A DNA stretch of 64,000 nt from Schmidtea polychroa (taxonomy: Eukaryota), in NCBI GenBank assembly GCA_044892525.1, contig CM097885.1:267592001-267656000 (forward strand), given 5' to 3'. Position 1 is the first letter of the stretch. Each line of letters begins with the position of its first letter. Positions 12,882-24,599 of this stretch are shown here, in pieces. Position numbers and translations under genes: made by a program. The notes beneath the pieces were generated by a model, which searched no databases, had not been told where the DNA came from, and saw only the letters and a program-made list of their open reading frames with translations.

Positions 12882-15800
12882 TGGTACCCTCCCCTCCATT
12901 ACTCAATAATTAATCAGAATTTCACAAATATTTTCATTAATTATTTCCTTTTATTTCATTATTTTTATTTAATTAAGTAATATAATTTTATTTCTCTATT
13001 TTATTATTTAATTAATTTAGTTTAAATTTAAATTATTAATTCTTATATGTAATTCTTATTACTCTTTTTTACTAATTTACGCAAACTGAGACAAAAATGT
13101 TCAAAATATAAAAATTTATTAGTCAAACTTATTATACATTTAATTCAAAAAAAAATCAATAAAAACAAATTTTTTAACAAAGATTTATTTAAATAACATC
13201 CGGTATATCATCAGCTGTTTCTTTGAGTTGTGAGTATGATGGATCCGGATCGAATTATTGAACAGCAAATGAGTCACCTCCCATATAATGCCCAACTTTT
13301 ATTTTTCTCCACCAAACCCTTTTATCATCTGCGTTGGTAAGTGCAGTTTTTTCATTTTTTATGGTGAATAGCTGGTGATTTTTGCTACTTATTCTAGTTT
13401 GCGGTATAGAAAAAATTTGGTTAGTATTATAACAATCCAGGTAAGAATGATGTTTTATGTCACTACCTTTCAATGTTACTCCTTTAGCCTTTTTAATCTC
13501 ATCATCACCTAACAAACTATAACATTTAGGTCTAATAGTAAATAAAATTGGTGAAAAAATAGTTTTACCTTGCTTCTTAAATAATTCCAAAAAGAAAATG
13601 GAATTTCTTTCTTCTGACCAAAAAAGATCCTTTCGTTCTTCAACCATTTGTTACTTGTGCAATAAACTATTAAAAAATCCAGTTAAAGATCATGGTCATT
13701 ACACGGGTAAATATTTAGGGTCTGCTTGTTTCAAATGTAATATTTCAAGACAAATTAGGTTTATTATGCCTGTCATTTTTCATAATTTACTAGGATATGA
13801 TTTACATCATATTCTTAAATATGGTTTAAATGAAATGAAAAATTGGGATATTAGTTGTATTCCTACCAGCAGCGAAAGGTTTTTGACTTTAGCAACAAGA
13901 GTTGATAGTTTAAGCATTAAATTTACCGATTCTTTTCAATTTGTTAGTTCCAGTTTAAATGACGCAGTAAAAACCCTGACATCTCTGCCTTTAACATCAG
14001 CTGAATTTAGGGGGACTATTGTTAATTCAAAGGGGATATTCCCATATAATTTTCAACATCTTTAGAAGTTTTAAAGGATGCCTATGACTTACCACCAATT
14101 CGGGAAGGAGTCACGGTCGATGAATATGAAAAGGTACAAAATATCTCGAAAGAATTTATTGTAGTTCATTGTTTTGATTACATGATTGGATGTTTTAAAT
14201 TGGATGTTCTCGTACTAGCTGACTATTCTCAACAATTTCGTTCAAAATCTATTGCATATAATCAACTTGAACCTGTTAATTTCTTGAGCATTCCAGGCAT
14301 GAGCTGGAGTACCGCTTTAATGACTTTTAAATCTCCTATCGAGCTGTTGCAAGATATGGAAATGTATAATTTTTTCGAAGGGGATATCCGTGGTGGATTA
14401 ACATTTGTTAACAAACACCATGTAGTATCCTCCGACAATACAGAACTTATTTACATTGATATAAATAATTTGTATGAGTGGGCCTTAAGCCAAAAACATC
14501 CATATAAGGATTTTAAATGGGTAACCAATAAAGAAGAGTTAAATAAAATAATTTATCTTTGTGAATCTGCAGATTTGGAAGTACTTCCATTTGGATTTAC
14601 CTTGGAGATTGATTTTGAAATTCCTGATTCGATTCACGACAAATTGGATGATTTTCCAGTTGTTGCTGAAAAGATGTATCCATCTGGTTCTAAAGTTGAG
14701 AAGTTGATGCTTACACATCATCCTAAGTAGAATTATGTTCTTCATTGGAGACTTCTCAAGCTTTTTCTTTCTCTTGGTGTAAAATTAATCCATGTACATA
14801 GGGCAATTAAATTCACAAACGATAATATTTTTAAAGATTATATCGATACCAATACCCGACTTAGGGCGGAATCGATTAATGCCTTGGATAAAAATTATTA
14901 TAAGTTATTAAATAATAGTCTCTACGGCAAAACCGTAGAAAATCTGAAAAAAACGCCTGAATTTGCGGCTATGCAATTTGGCTTCTAGGCTAATTACATA
15001 TACATCTAAACCAACGTTTAAAAGGACTTGTGAAATTGACAATGACTTAGTATCAGTCTGGCTAAATAAGGAAGCTATTTGTTTAAAAAGACCCAGCTAC
15101 ATTGGCCAAACTGTACTTGATCTATTGAAACTTAGAATGTATCAGCTGCAGTATGAAGAGTTACAAAAATATAGTAACGAATTCAACTGTAAAATTAATA
15201 TCGTTGCAGGTGATACGGATTCATTTTTCCTTGAAGTAATTAATTGTAAGCTTGATGTTCTTTTACCAGCAATGATCCGAGATAATTTACTGGATACTTC
15301 TAATTATGATCCTACTCATCCCTTATACAGTAAGAACCTTGATTCTGTCATTGGAAAGTTCAATGACGAGAATAAAGGTCTTAAATATAAGAAGTGGGTT
15401 TTTCTTAGACCTAAATGTTATAGTTTGTTAGGTGATGATGATATTAAAAAAGCTAAGGGAGTAACATTGAAAGGTAGTGACATAAAACATCAGTCGTACC
15501 TAGATTGTTATAATACTAACCAAATTTTTTCTATACCGCAAACTAAAATAACTAGCAAAAATCACCAGCTATTCACCATAAAAAATGAAAAGCTGTACTT
15601 ACCAACGCAGATGATAAAAGGGTTTGGTGGAGAAAAATAAAAGTTGGGCATTATATGGGAGGTGACTCATTTGCTGTTCAATAATTCGATCCGGATCCAT
15701 CATACTCACAACTCAAAGAAACAGCTGAAGATATACCGGATGTTATTTAAATAAATCTTTGTTAAAAAAATTACTTTTATTGATTTTTTTTGAATTAAAT

Positions 15801-16059
15801 GTATAATAAGTTTGACTAATATATTGTTATATTTTGAACATTTTTGTCTCAGTTTGCGTAAATTAGTAAAAAAGAGTAATAAGAATTACATATAAGAATT
15901 AATAATTTAAATTTAAACTAAATTAATTTAATAATAAAATAAAGAAATAAAATTATATTACTTAATTAAATAAAAATAATGAAATAAAAGGAAATAATTA
16001 ATGAAAATATTTGTGAAATTCTGATTAATTATTGAGTAATAGGGGGGGGGGGGGTACCA
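12882..16059. mobile_element. Foldback (long inverted-repeat) derivative of a second Polinton family, consisting mostly of pPolB sequence
   Basis: 12882-13535 is the reverse complement (with scattered mismatches) of 15405-16059. Both arms include the pPolB 3' end (RPKCYSLLGDD..KKAKGVTLKGSDIKH). No TSD found. Confidence 0.8.
13536..15684 (+). pseudogene. Protein-primed DNA polymerase B pseudogene (5'-truncated, frameshifted)
   Basis: ORF pieces 13598-14065, 14182-14730 and 14963-15640 carry CYLCNK..VKDHGHYTGKYLGSACFKCN, FHNLLGYD, YIDINNLY, KLLNNSLYGKT, AGDTDSF and RPKCY. Collinear with, but clearly divergent from, the pPolB at 42447-46286. Several frameshifts and a TAG at 14728-14730. Confidence 0.9.
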
Positions 16060-16106
16060 GAATCTGGTTGAATTTTTATCTTTGCAATAAATTTAATGGA
16101 AACAAT

Positions 16107-16410
16107 GAATTTGAGATATTTGCATTTCAAGTAGAAATCGCCCAATTGTTGAGCCTTATGATCAACATTTCATATTCCATCAAATAAATAATTATACCGA
16201 TCCATCAGTTCTCGACACTGCAAAGGATTTAATGATTAAAATTATTCCCAATAAAGATGTTGGAACTTTAACTATTATTGACACTGGAATTGGAATGACA
16301 AAGGGAGATTTGATTAACAATTTGAGAACAATTGCAAGATCTCAATGATAGGATAATTTGGTATAGGTTTCTACTCATCTTATCTGGTAGCATGCAAAGT
16401 GGATGTTATA
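16107..16410 (+). pseudogene. HSP90: Hsp90 N-terminal domain pseudogene fragment with internal deletions
   Basis: Hand translation gives [20 protein letters not shown], then [50 protein letters not shown], then MIG*FGIGFYSSYLVA. These are canonical Hsp90 blocks with the intervening segments missing and stops present. Confidence 0.85.
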
Positions 16411-18248
16411 TAAAAATGCACAAACATTCAGGCTGTTAAAAATATAATCAACAGAAATAATCACCATAATTTGATAAAAATCCATAGAAGTTAGAGTTCG
16501 TATGTTTATCATTTTATTATTTATTTTTTATTATACTTACAAAATTAAAACAAATAAATCATGCTCACGCACGCATACACACAAACACACAAGATATTTT
16601 CAAAAATCTTAAAATTCATACCTTGACAAAAATTTTTAAAAGAAATAACACGTTAGGAGGAGGTTAAACTCGTGAGAAAATTCTTAAAAAATCATTTGCA
16701 TTGAAATTTGATTTTGTCTGCCTCAGAAATGTGGGAGGGGGGGGTTGAACTATGGAGCTCACATCTTATATAAACAAAATGTCAAACGAAAAAGTTAATA
16801 TTTTTATTGTTTCATTTTCATTTTGAATTACCTTTTCCTTAAGAGGTTACCTTATACAACGGTCTATACTATGAGTTTCTATACCCCTATTGTGACTATG
16901 TGGGGGAATGCTTGGTGGGGAAATTTAAATTATCTTCACTTCTGCCAAACTTCATAGGACTGTTTCTATATTCCAGTAGTGACAGTCAGCATTCATCAAA
17001 TAATCGCAATAATTAAGCAAACATTCCAACAAAATTTGAAGTAAATTTGATTAATTTCCAATTTTAGGACATTTTCCTTATCCTGCGGTCCCCAGCTTTC
17101 CTAATGGATATTGGTAGGAATTGAAAGAGTATAATCAGTATAATCTCACTCCTTCTCATCCTAAATTAATGCCATTGAAATGACAAAAGAAGACTGGCAG
17201 TTGAAGAGACTTGCTGCGACAAGTTACTGGCGGGCTCTAAATGGGATTAGAACTTGATATAGATGAATCCCAATTACAATGAATTAATGAGTAAAATTTT
17301 AATTTAATAAGCCCGTTTCCAGAATTATTCTAAATGTTTAATTGGGACAATAATTGGAATATTTGATTATTTTGGCACTCGGCAAGGGAATTTATAGTTT
17401 TCTCCTTGGAAAATTTAATATAAACAAAACAATAATTAGATTTTACTACTAATAGGTCATTTATTANNNNNNNNNNNNNNNNNNNNNNNNNNNNNNNNNN
17501 NNNNNNNNNNNNNNNNNNNNNNNNNNNNNNNNNNNNNNNNNNNNNNNNNNNNNNNNNNNNNNNNNNNNNNNNNNNNNNNNNNNNNNNNNNNNNNNNNNNN
17601 NNNNNNNNNNNNNNNNNNNNNNNNNNNNNNNNNNNNNNNNNNNNNNNNNNNNNNNNNNNNNNNNNNNNNNNNNNNNNNNNNNNNNNNNNNNNNNNNNNNN
17701 NNNNNNNNNNNNNNNNNNNNNNNNNNATTGCTTATTTCTTATCAGTATTTATATCATGAAGTTGCTTACAAATTGTGAGTATGTGACAAGCGGTTTAAAT
17801 AATAACAATTGAAATAAATTCAACTCAATTTTATTGAAGTCCTGTCTGGCTTGAATTTAATTATTCAAAGCTGTTGGGCAGATTTCCCAGTTTTTCAATA
17901 TTGAAACGATAAAAGAAATTGAATTTGATCGCCTCTGACAAAACTATCGTGCATGATATTGAATTTGGGAAATCTCATTAAATGGGACTCATTCAAGTCC
18001 GTTATCCGACGGCCGATATAGTTGCATAGAATTTCCATGGGCTCCGATATTTCAACAGATTTGATGACTTGTTGAGATAAAATTTTAAATGCCAGCTGAA
18101 ACTGATCTGAGTTGGTTATGGATCAGTAAATTTATTTAGGTCTCGCATGTTGATACTCAACAATTTGCAAATAACTGGAATCCTCATGTGCGACGTGGAT
18201 AATGCAGTGTGAGCCTTCTAATTGGAGAGTTAATCCAACATTTCATTT

Positions 18249-18363
18249 AGTTATGATGTCCTCAACTTCTAAATTCATAAAATAAATCAATAATAATTCA
18301 ATAAAATATATTTTTCAAAAACACACTACAACGAATATTATTCAAACAAAACTTTACATAACT
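18249..18363 (-). repeat. 3' LTR of the Gypsy element
   Basis: Identical to 22684-22798; AGTTATG...CATAACT terminal inverted repeats. Confidence 0.95.
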
Positions 18364-18435
18364 CTCTCCTTCTTTAAGGAACTGCCCATCTCTTAAGCCA
18401 TTCAATTCGTCTGAGTTTCTTTGTCGTCCCGTCAC

Positions 18436-19893
18436 TCAATTCCACCTGGTGTTCTGTAAAAACTTTGATATGACAAACGGACCTTCATACTGTAGTCCAT
18501 CTTTGTCGCGATTTTGTGGTTCTTTCCGAACTAATACTTTCTCCCCCACCGTGAAACATCGATTCGTTCTCTTCTCTGTTTCCATCTCTTTCATTCGTTT
18601 AGCTGCTTTCTCACTGTTCTCTCTTACCAATCTATGTATCTCAACTGTATCCAATGTCGTCTGAGGCAATGTTGAATGAAGGTTAATCTTCCTCCCAAAA
18701 ACAATTTCAAATGTAGAAAATCCCGTCGCGCTCTGTTGTGTCACGTTGATACAAAATTCTACTCGAGGAAGTAACTCCGCCCAATTTCGCTCTCCTAGTC
18801 CACCTGCTAATGATGTCGCCAGCAAGTCTCTGACTGTCCGTATTGTTCTCTCAACTAAACCGTTAGATTGATGCTGATATGGTGAACTGAACTGTTGCGT
18901 AATACCCAGTCTTCCTAGAGTTGTTTTCATAAAACCACTATCGAAGTTCTTCCCTCTGTCTGACAGACAATTTCGCGGTTTTCCGAAACGGTATATCCAC
19001 TTCTCCAATATGGCTTTGAAAATCGATCTCTCGTCTTGTCTCTCCAGTGCGGTCAGACTGACCATTTTGCTAAAACGATCAATGATAACTAGCATATACT
19101 TGTACACTCCACCATTCTTCATGTGTGCTATATCAATGACCAACTGTTCTAAAAATTGTGAACTTATAATCGGCAACAATCGTTCCTTTGTCTTCTCCTG
19201 CACTATTTTCCTTCTGCAGCATATCTCACATACTCTCAAACAGTTTTGTATAGTTTCTTGCATGTTTGGCCAAAAAAATATGTTGCTCATATAGCTAATT
19301 AATTTCTTTACTCCAATGTGACACATTTCAGTATGTATTCCTTTAACTAACGTATTTGAGTAGTCTATCGGCACCAGGATGACATCTTTACCATTCTTCT
19401 CTAATAATAAAAACCCATCTTCTAATTTTATGTTGTTATGCAAATTGAAAGGAAATTTCTTTTTATTCAAGTCATCTTTTTTCTCTTCTCCCTGTAACAC
19501 TCTTGTCATGTGAATGAAATCTACATCATCTTGTTGCTTTTCTAAGAGTATTGTCATTGACTCAGTCTTCTGTAATGAGCTGATATGTCTTACTCTGGCT
19601 TTTTCTTCTTTTGCGTCTTCATGTCTAGTCTGGCATTGTGCACATAGCATCCCTTTAATCCTTGATATTCTGTCCGCATTTCCATGTTCCTCTCCTTTCC
19701 TATATTGAAGATCAAAATCATATCCGGAAAGGTTGGCTAGCCAGGTTTGAAATTGCGGGCTTATCGGTTTTTTTGTGTATCTCATGAAAACCAACGCCTT
19801 GTGATCCGTTCGTACTACAAATGACTTTCCGTATAGATATTGTTTAAAATACATTACATATTCGTGTATAGCAAGTAACTCCTTCCTAGTCAC
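18436..19893 (-). CDS. Gypsy pol 3' part (RNase H C-terminus + integrase)
   Basis: TRKELLAI, FVVRTDHKAL, IHTEMCHIG/CEIC HHCC motif, VIDIAH, LSDRGKNF, SPYQHQSNGLVER. Out of frame with the upstream pol ORF at ~19900. Confidence 0.92.
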   Translation of the reverse strand: MTRKELLAIHEYVMYFKQYLYGKSFVVRTDHKALVFMRYTKKPISPQFQTWLANLSGYDFDLQYRKGEEHGNADRISRIKGMLCAQCQTRHEDAKEEKARVRHISSLQKTESMTILLEKQQDDVDFIHMTRVLQGEEKKDDLNKKKFPFNLHNNIKLEDGFLLLEKNGKDVILVPIDYSNTLVKGIHTEMCHIGVKKLISYMSNIFFWPNMQETIQNCLRVCEICCRRKIVQEKTKERLLPIISSQFLEQLVIDIAHMKNGGVYKYMLVIIDRFSKMVSLTALERQDERSIFKAILEKWIYRFGKPRNCLSDRGKNFDSGFMKTTLGRLGITQQFSSPYQHQSNGLVERTIRTVRDLLATSLAGGLGERNWAELLPRVEFCINVTQQSATGFSTFEIVFGRKINLHSTLPQTTLDTVEIHRLVRENSEKAAKRMKEMETEKRTNRCFTVGEKVLVRKEPQNRDKDGLQYEGPFVISKFLQNTRWN

Positions 19894-21440
19894 ATAATAA
19901 CCTTTTTCATGTGCGACCCATATGCAATTACTAATTCAGTACCATCTTCTTTAGCTTGACATAAAACTGCTCCGATGGCCCAAAAACTAGCGTCTGTATC
20001 CAGAATAAAGTTTCTATCCATTCTTGGGTAATCTAGAATTGGAGCTTCACACAACTTTGTTTTAAGTAATTCAAAACTATTGTTGCAATCTTCTGACCAA
20101 TTAATCTTTTTCTCACAGCCGGACGTAGCTGCATGTAGAGGTTCCGCAATTTTCGCATAGTCTTTTATAAACTTCCTATAGTAATTGGTCATACCTAAAA
20201 AGGATCTTAATTGTTTGGCGCATACTGGTATTTCTGCATCTTGAATCTCTTTAATCTTCTTGTCGTTCGTTTTTATCCCACTTGCACTTACAGTGTGCCC
20301 TAGGAATGTCAATTCTTCTTTATACAGATTACATTTTTCTGGGTTAATTCTCAACCCCGCTAGTTGAATTCTTCTGAATACTTCCTCTAATCGGTTATTG
20401 TGTTCCTCTATGTCTTTTCCATAGACAAGAATGTCGTCGAGGTAGACAACAACACCCTTAAATAATATTCCATCCAACATTGAGTGCATCATTCTTTGAA
20501 ACGTCGCAGGGGCTGTTGCTAGTCCAAAAGGAAGTCGGTTAAAACAAAACTGTCCTTGCCTTGTACTGAAAGCCGTGACCTCTTGAATTTCCTTCGCCAT
20601 TCCAACTTGATAATATGCTTGACCTAGATCGATGGATGTGAAATATTTTGAATCTGCCAGACAATCCAGTAGAAATCGTGTATCTGGCATTGGAAAAGAT
20701 ATCTTTTCAGTGATCGCATTCAACCCTCTATAGTCGACACACATCCTTATTGATCCATCTTTCTTAGCCACAATCACTAGTGGCGCGTTCCATGCACTTT
20801 TGCATTTTCTAATAACTCTCGCTTCTAATAATTTTGTGACAAGTTCGTCAAGCTTTTGTTCTAAATGCATTGGTTGTCTTCTTGGCTGTAACATTACAGG
20901 CCCACCTACTATATTCATTTCATGCTGAACAACTTTCGTAAACCCGAGATCAAAAGTTGAAGCCATAAAAATACCTTTGAACTTCCGTAGCAATATGTCT
21001 AACTGTTCATTCTTCCTGTCTCCAAGCATTAATAATGCTTTCTCTTCTCGTTGTGAGTCCACATATGTCCTCCTTACCTGTGACGCTTCAATATTGTCTA
21101 CCTCTACCAGTTGAATACCAAATCTCTCCATTGTATCTACACCCCCAATGAAATCTGGACGTATATCTTTGACAACTATAACATTAATAATTCTTTTTTT
21201 CCCATTCCAATCAGCTTCTATCGTCATTGCTCCTAACGGTCTTTCCATTCCCGTCGAAAATACTCCACAAAGAGAAATTGTGCTCTGCTTCAACCTCGGT
21301 TTCCCGATCTTTGTCCAACTTTTTTCACTCATAACTGATACTGACGCTCCAGAGTCCCAAAGCATGTCAATCGCCGTCATGTTTATTACAATCTTACTCC
21401 ACTTTCTTCTGTCTGTCGTCTCATACATCTTCTGCATCAT
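19890..21440 (-). CDS. Gypsy pol 5' part (aspartic protease, reverse transcriptase, RNase H N-terminus)
   Basis: LWDSGAS protease motif; RMCVDYRGLN, LPFGLATAPATFQ, VYLDDILV RT motifs; FILDTDAS RNase H motif. Confidence 0.95.
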   Translation of the reverse strand: MMQKMYETTDRRKWSKIVINMTAIDMLWDSGASVSVMSEKSWTKIGKPRLKQSTISLCGVFSTGMERPLGAMTIEADWNGKKRIINVIVVKDIRPDFIGGVDTMERFGIQLVEVDNIEASQVRRTYVDSQREEKALLMLGDRKNEQLDILLRKFKGIFMASTFDLGFTKVVQHEMNIVGGPVMLQPRRQPMHLEQKLDELVTKLLEARVIRKCKSAWNAPLVIVAKKDGSIRMCVDYRGLNAITEKISFPMPDTRFLLDCLADSKYFTSIDLGQAYYQVGMAKEIQEVTAFSTRQGQFCFNRLPFGLATAPATFQRMMHSMLDGILFKGVVVYLDDILVYGKDIEEHNNRLEEVFRRIQLAGLRINPEKCNLYKEELTFLGHTVSASGIKTNDKKIKEIQDAEIPVCAKQLRSFLGMTNYYRKFIKDYAKIAEPLHAATSGCEKKINWSEDCNNSFELLKTKLCEAPILDYPRMDRNFILDTDASFWAIGAVLCQAKEDGTELVIAYGSHMKKVIM

Positions 21441-21465
21441 GTCTTCATTTGCTTCTTTCTACTGA

Positions 21466-22725
21466 TTATTGTGTCGACCCCACTGACGAAATGAAAGCAA
21501 TGGGATCGTCCTTGTTTTTTGGTTTATCCATTGATTTTTTTATCGTTTCTTCGTAATTACTGTATAAATCTTCTTTTAAATAACCATTATTTCTTTCGTG
21601 ATCTTCTTCGTAAATACATGCCACTCTCTTCTGATATCCATTTCTATTTTTAAGCAAAAAACAATCTCTGAATCCATGACCTTCTTTTCCACAGATTAGA
21701 CATTTGTCTTTCATTGGACATTCAAAACGCCGGTGCCCTTTTTCTCCACAACAAAAACACTGACCTGGTATCAGTTTCACTGGATGAGGCGAATCTCTTC
21801 CTTTGCTGTCATTAAATAACCTTCTTGCAATATCTTTAAGCGATACTGTAGGTATTCTTCTCTCTGGTTCTACTGTCTCATATCGTCCTCTATACCGCTC
21901 ATTTTCATTCTTGTCTTCATTTACAATTGGTACAAACCGACCATTACCAGGTCTATTCCTCTCATGATTAATCTCTCGGTGTTCGTCGCGTTGATGTGCA
22001 GTTGTCTTCACAATTGTTCTTTGGTCTCGTCTACCCTCGAATTTACCATTTTTCATCACTGATGCGTAGGAGTCTCTTCTTATGGCATCAATATTGAATT
22101 TATTGTCATTCGTCATCTCAATCTTCTCCTGAATTTTTGCCATATCCCTGGCATCTTCAAAACTTGTCACTTTCCCTGATAAGAATATTTCTTTTACTCT
22201 ATCGTCTTTCGCTCTGTTTGAGATAATGTCTCGAACAATCTGTTCATCAGACATTCCAGAGCTAAATACACTTTTAACTAAACTTCTTACTCGTATTTCG
22301 AAGACTTGGAATCTTTCATCTCTCTCTTGCTGAATTTGAGCTAGTTCCACAATCTTGTTAGTAATGGTTTTCCTTACTGTAAAAGTTTCTATAAACCACT
22401 CTTTTGCCATTTCATCGGTCATCTTCGCTATTTTCGCCGCTTCCCATAACATCGATGCCGCATCTGTCAACAAAAGATCCAATGCGTCTACTAGACTTTG
22501 ATCTTCTATTCTCAGCCATTCCATAATATCCTTTAGCCAAAGTTTGGCTTCAGATCCAACTTTTCCGTCAAACTTTCTGACATTAAAATTTAGCATCTCA
22601 CGTGCTTGTTTTGACAAGGAATCTAACATATTCTTAGTTCCTTTCTTTTTACCTATCGCATTGATTTCCTTGGCGTGGTCGCCAGTTATGATGTCCTCAA
22701 CTTCTAAATTCATAAAATAAATCAA
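21466..22725 (-). CDS. Gypsy gag with two CCHC zinc knuckles
   Basis: CFCCGEKGHRRFEC and CLICGKEGHGFRDC. The listed start lies inside the LTR; a Met downstream of the PBS is the more likely true start. Confidence 0.88.
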   Translation of the reverse strand: MIYFMNLEVEDIITGDHAKEINAIGKKKGTKNMLDSLSKQAREMLNFNVRKFDGKVGSEAKLWLKDIMEWLRIEDQSLVDALDLLLTDAASMLWEAAKIAKMTDEMAKEWFIETFTVRKTITNKIVELAQIQQERDERFQVFEIRVRSLVKSVFSSGMSDEQIVRDIISNRAKDDRVKEIFLSGKVTSFEDARDMAKIQEKIEMTNDNKFNIDAIRRDSYASVMKNGKFEGRRDQRTIVKTTAHQRDEHREINHERNRPGNGRFVPIVNEDKNENERYRGRYETVEPERRIPTVSLKDIARRLFNDSKGRDSPHPVKLIPGQCFCCGEKGHRRFECPMKDKCLICGKEGHGFRDCFLLKNRNGYQKRVACIYEEDHERNNGYLKEDLYSNYEETIKKSMDKPKNKDDPIAFISSVGSTQ

Positions 22726-22798
22726 TAATAATTCAATAAAATATATTTTTCAAAAACACACTACAACGAATATTATTCAAACAAAACTTTACATAACT
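22684..22798 (-). repeat. 5' LTR of the Gypsy element
   Basis: Identical to 18249-18363; followed on the minus strand by PBS (T)GGCGACC. Confidence 0.95.
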
Positions 22799-23080
22799 CA
22801 TTTAAATGCACCAATCATCAACAACATCAGGTTGAGTTTATATATAATAAATTTAAAATAAAATATATAATACATTTGTTTTGGGACACAGTCGATTTTA
22901 TATTACTATATTCATATATGTCTCATCATTTGCCACTCGCTCATATCCTTTTTTTTAAACCATATTAATTAATGTCCTTTTGTATAAAAATATATATTGA
23001 AAATTTAATAAACATAAAGGGTTCATTACATCATTTTAAATAAAATAGTGTTTGTGAAGCATTTTCATTAATGTAAAGTA

Positions 23081-23522
23081 CATGGGCGTCCGAAAGGGGG
23101 GCACTTGCCCCCCCCCTCCCCCATGAATTTCCAAAACCATTCTATTTTTTGATTAATTTAAACAAATTTTAATAGATGCACTCAAATAATGTTGGAAAAT
23201 CCAAGACAAAAATAATTAATAAAAAAAATTAATTTAAAGAAGCTTCCCGTTTTTTTAATGTTATTAATTATATCTGGAAATCAATGATGTTAAAAATCTT
23301 ATTTGTATAAAAACTTTCAATATTAACTGACGTTCTGGTTTTAAAAAAAGTGTTCTATTTTGTAAATAAACGAAAAAAAGTCCTATTTTGTGTAATGCCC
23401 CAAATATTTATTATACATATGGATTTTTTTTCAACTCTCTTACTCCCTACTTGTCTACTTGGTAAAAAATATATTTTTGCCCCCCCCCCCCCCCTTTGGA
23501 AAAAGTCCTGCAGACGCTCAAG
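23081..23522. mobile_element. Non-autonomous DNA transposon (MITE) with G/C-tract TIRs
   Basis: CATGGGCGTCCGAAAGGGGGGC at the left end, GCCCCCCC...CCTGCAGACGCTCAAG at the right; imperfect flanking duplication (TAAAGTA). Confidence 0.55.
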
Positions 23523-24115
23523 GTTAAAGTACATATTATATATTTACAACTAGCCACAAAAATATCGCAAAACAAATAAAAACAATTGTTCTTCGACTTA
23601 TTATATTAAATTAAACCTTCATACAAAAATCCTATTGCAAGTCAATGTGCTACACTTCAAATTTGTACTCAAATACCGTCATATCCCGATTTAATATTGT
23701 CTAACTTCATATAACAAATTCAAATTTTAATTTTTTTGAATGTGAATCTAATTTCCCTTTTTGAATTCCCAAATAATTTTACTTTCTCTAATTGTCTTTG
23801 TTTTGCACCAGTATTTAAAATAGAATCATAACATTGTAAATTCAACTTAAAAATTATCATTCAAGTCAATCACGCCAACATCTGTAAATCTATTTTATTA
23901 TTATGATGAAATTTTATTTTAATTTATAATTGAAAACAATGTTTACTTTAATATTAATTATATTAATGTAAAATAAAATAATTGTTTAAATACATTAAAT
24001 ATATTTTACTCTTGACAAATTAAAATTTAAGAGAATCGAATTATTTAGTGAAAATTTTTATCGGTTTCTATTTAATAATTCTGTTATTCAGATTGATTTT
24101 TAGAATTTTTGTTAA

Positions 24116-24536
24116 ATGTCAATAAATATATCTAATTATAATATACAAAATGAACCGGTGATTAATAATTGTGATCTAAATAGAAAGAACGAAATTAAAC
24201 AGCTCAATGTCGAAGTTGAAGTAGTAATGGAACAGATGAAAGAAAACGTTCAGAAAGCCCTTATTCGAGGAAATCAATTGCAAGATTTATCGGAAAGAGC
24301 AGGTGGCATATTATTGATGTAAAGTGAGAATGTAAACTAACCACAATGTCAACAGATGAGTTAATTGAAGGTGCCAATCAGTTCACTGCCGTCACAAGGA
24401 GGGTGCGGAAAAAGTTTTGGTGGCAAAATAAAAAAGTAATGTATGATTTAATCAGTAAATTGTTAATAAATGCGGTTTCAGATGCTAATAATTATCATTG
24501 CGATCATCAGTCTTGTCCTTCTAATAATTATTGGGG
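24116..24536 (+). CDS. Synaptobrevin/VAMP (R-SNARE); exons 24116-24302, 24356-24435, 24482-24536(+)
   Basis: Removing GT-AG introns of 53 and 46 nt gives ...VMEQMKENVQKALIRGNQLQDLSERADELIEGANQFTAVTRRVRKKFWWQNKK-MLIIIIAIISLVLLIIIG, with the zero-layer Arg, the WW motif and a TM helix. A GTAAGT donor at 24537 suggests a further small exon. Confidence 0.92.
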
Positions 24537-24599
24537 GTAAGTCTTTACTGGATTCATTGATTTTCATTTATATTAAATATTAATTTCTTTTGTAAAATC

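Larger units (their letters stand above)
18249..22798 (-). mobile_element. Full-length Ty3/Gypsy LTR retrotransposon (4,550 bp)
   Basis: Two identical 115-bp LTRs, 5-bp TSD CATTT (18244-18248; 22799-22803), PBS TGGCGACC overlapping the 5' LTR by 1 nt, PPT AAAGAAGGAGAG (18364-18375), gag-PR-RT-RH-IN order. Confidence 0.95.

Noticed and set aside
16850-17030. LLEYRNSP, resembling a Gypsy integrase C-terminal motif
   Set aside because: An isolated fragment with stops; insufficient to call.
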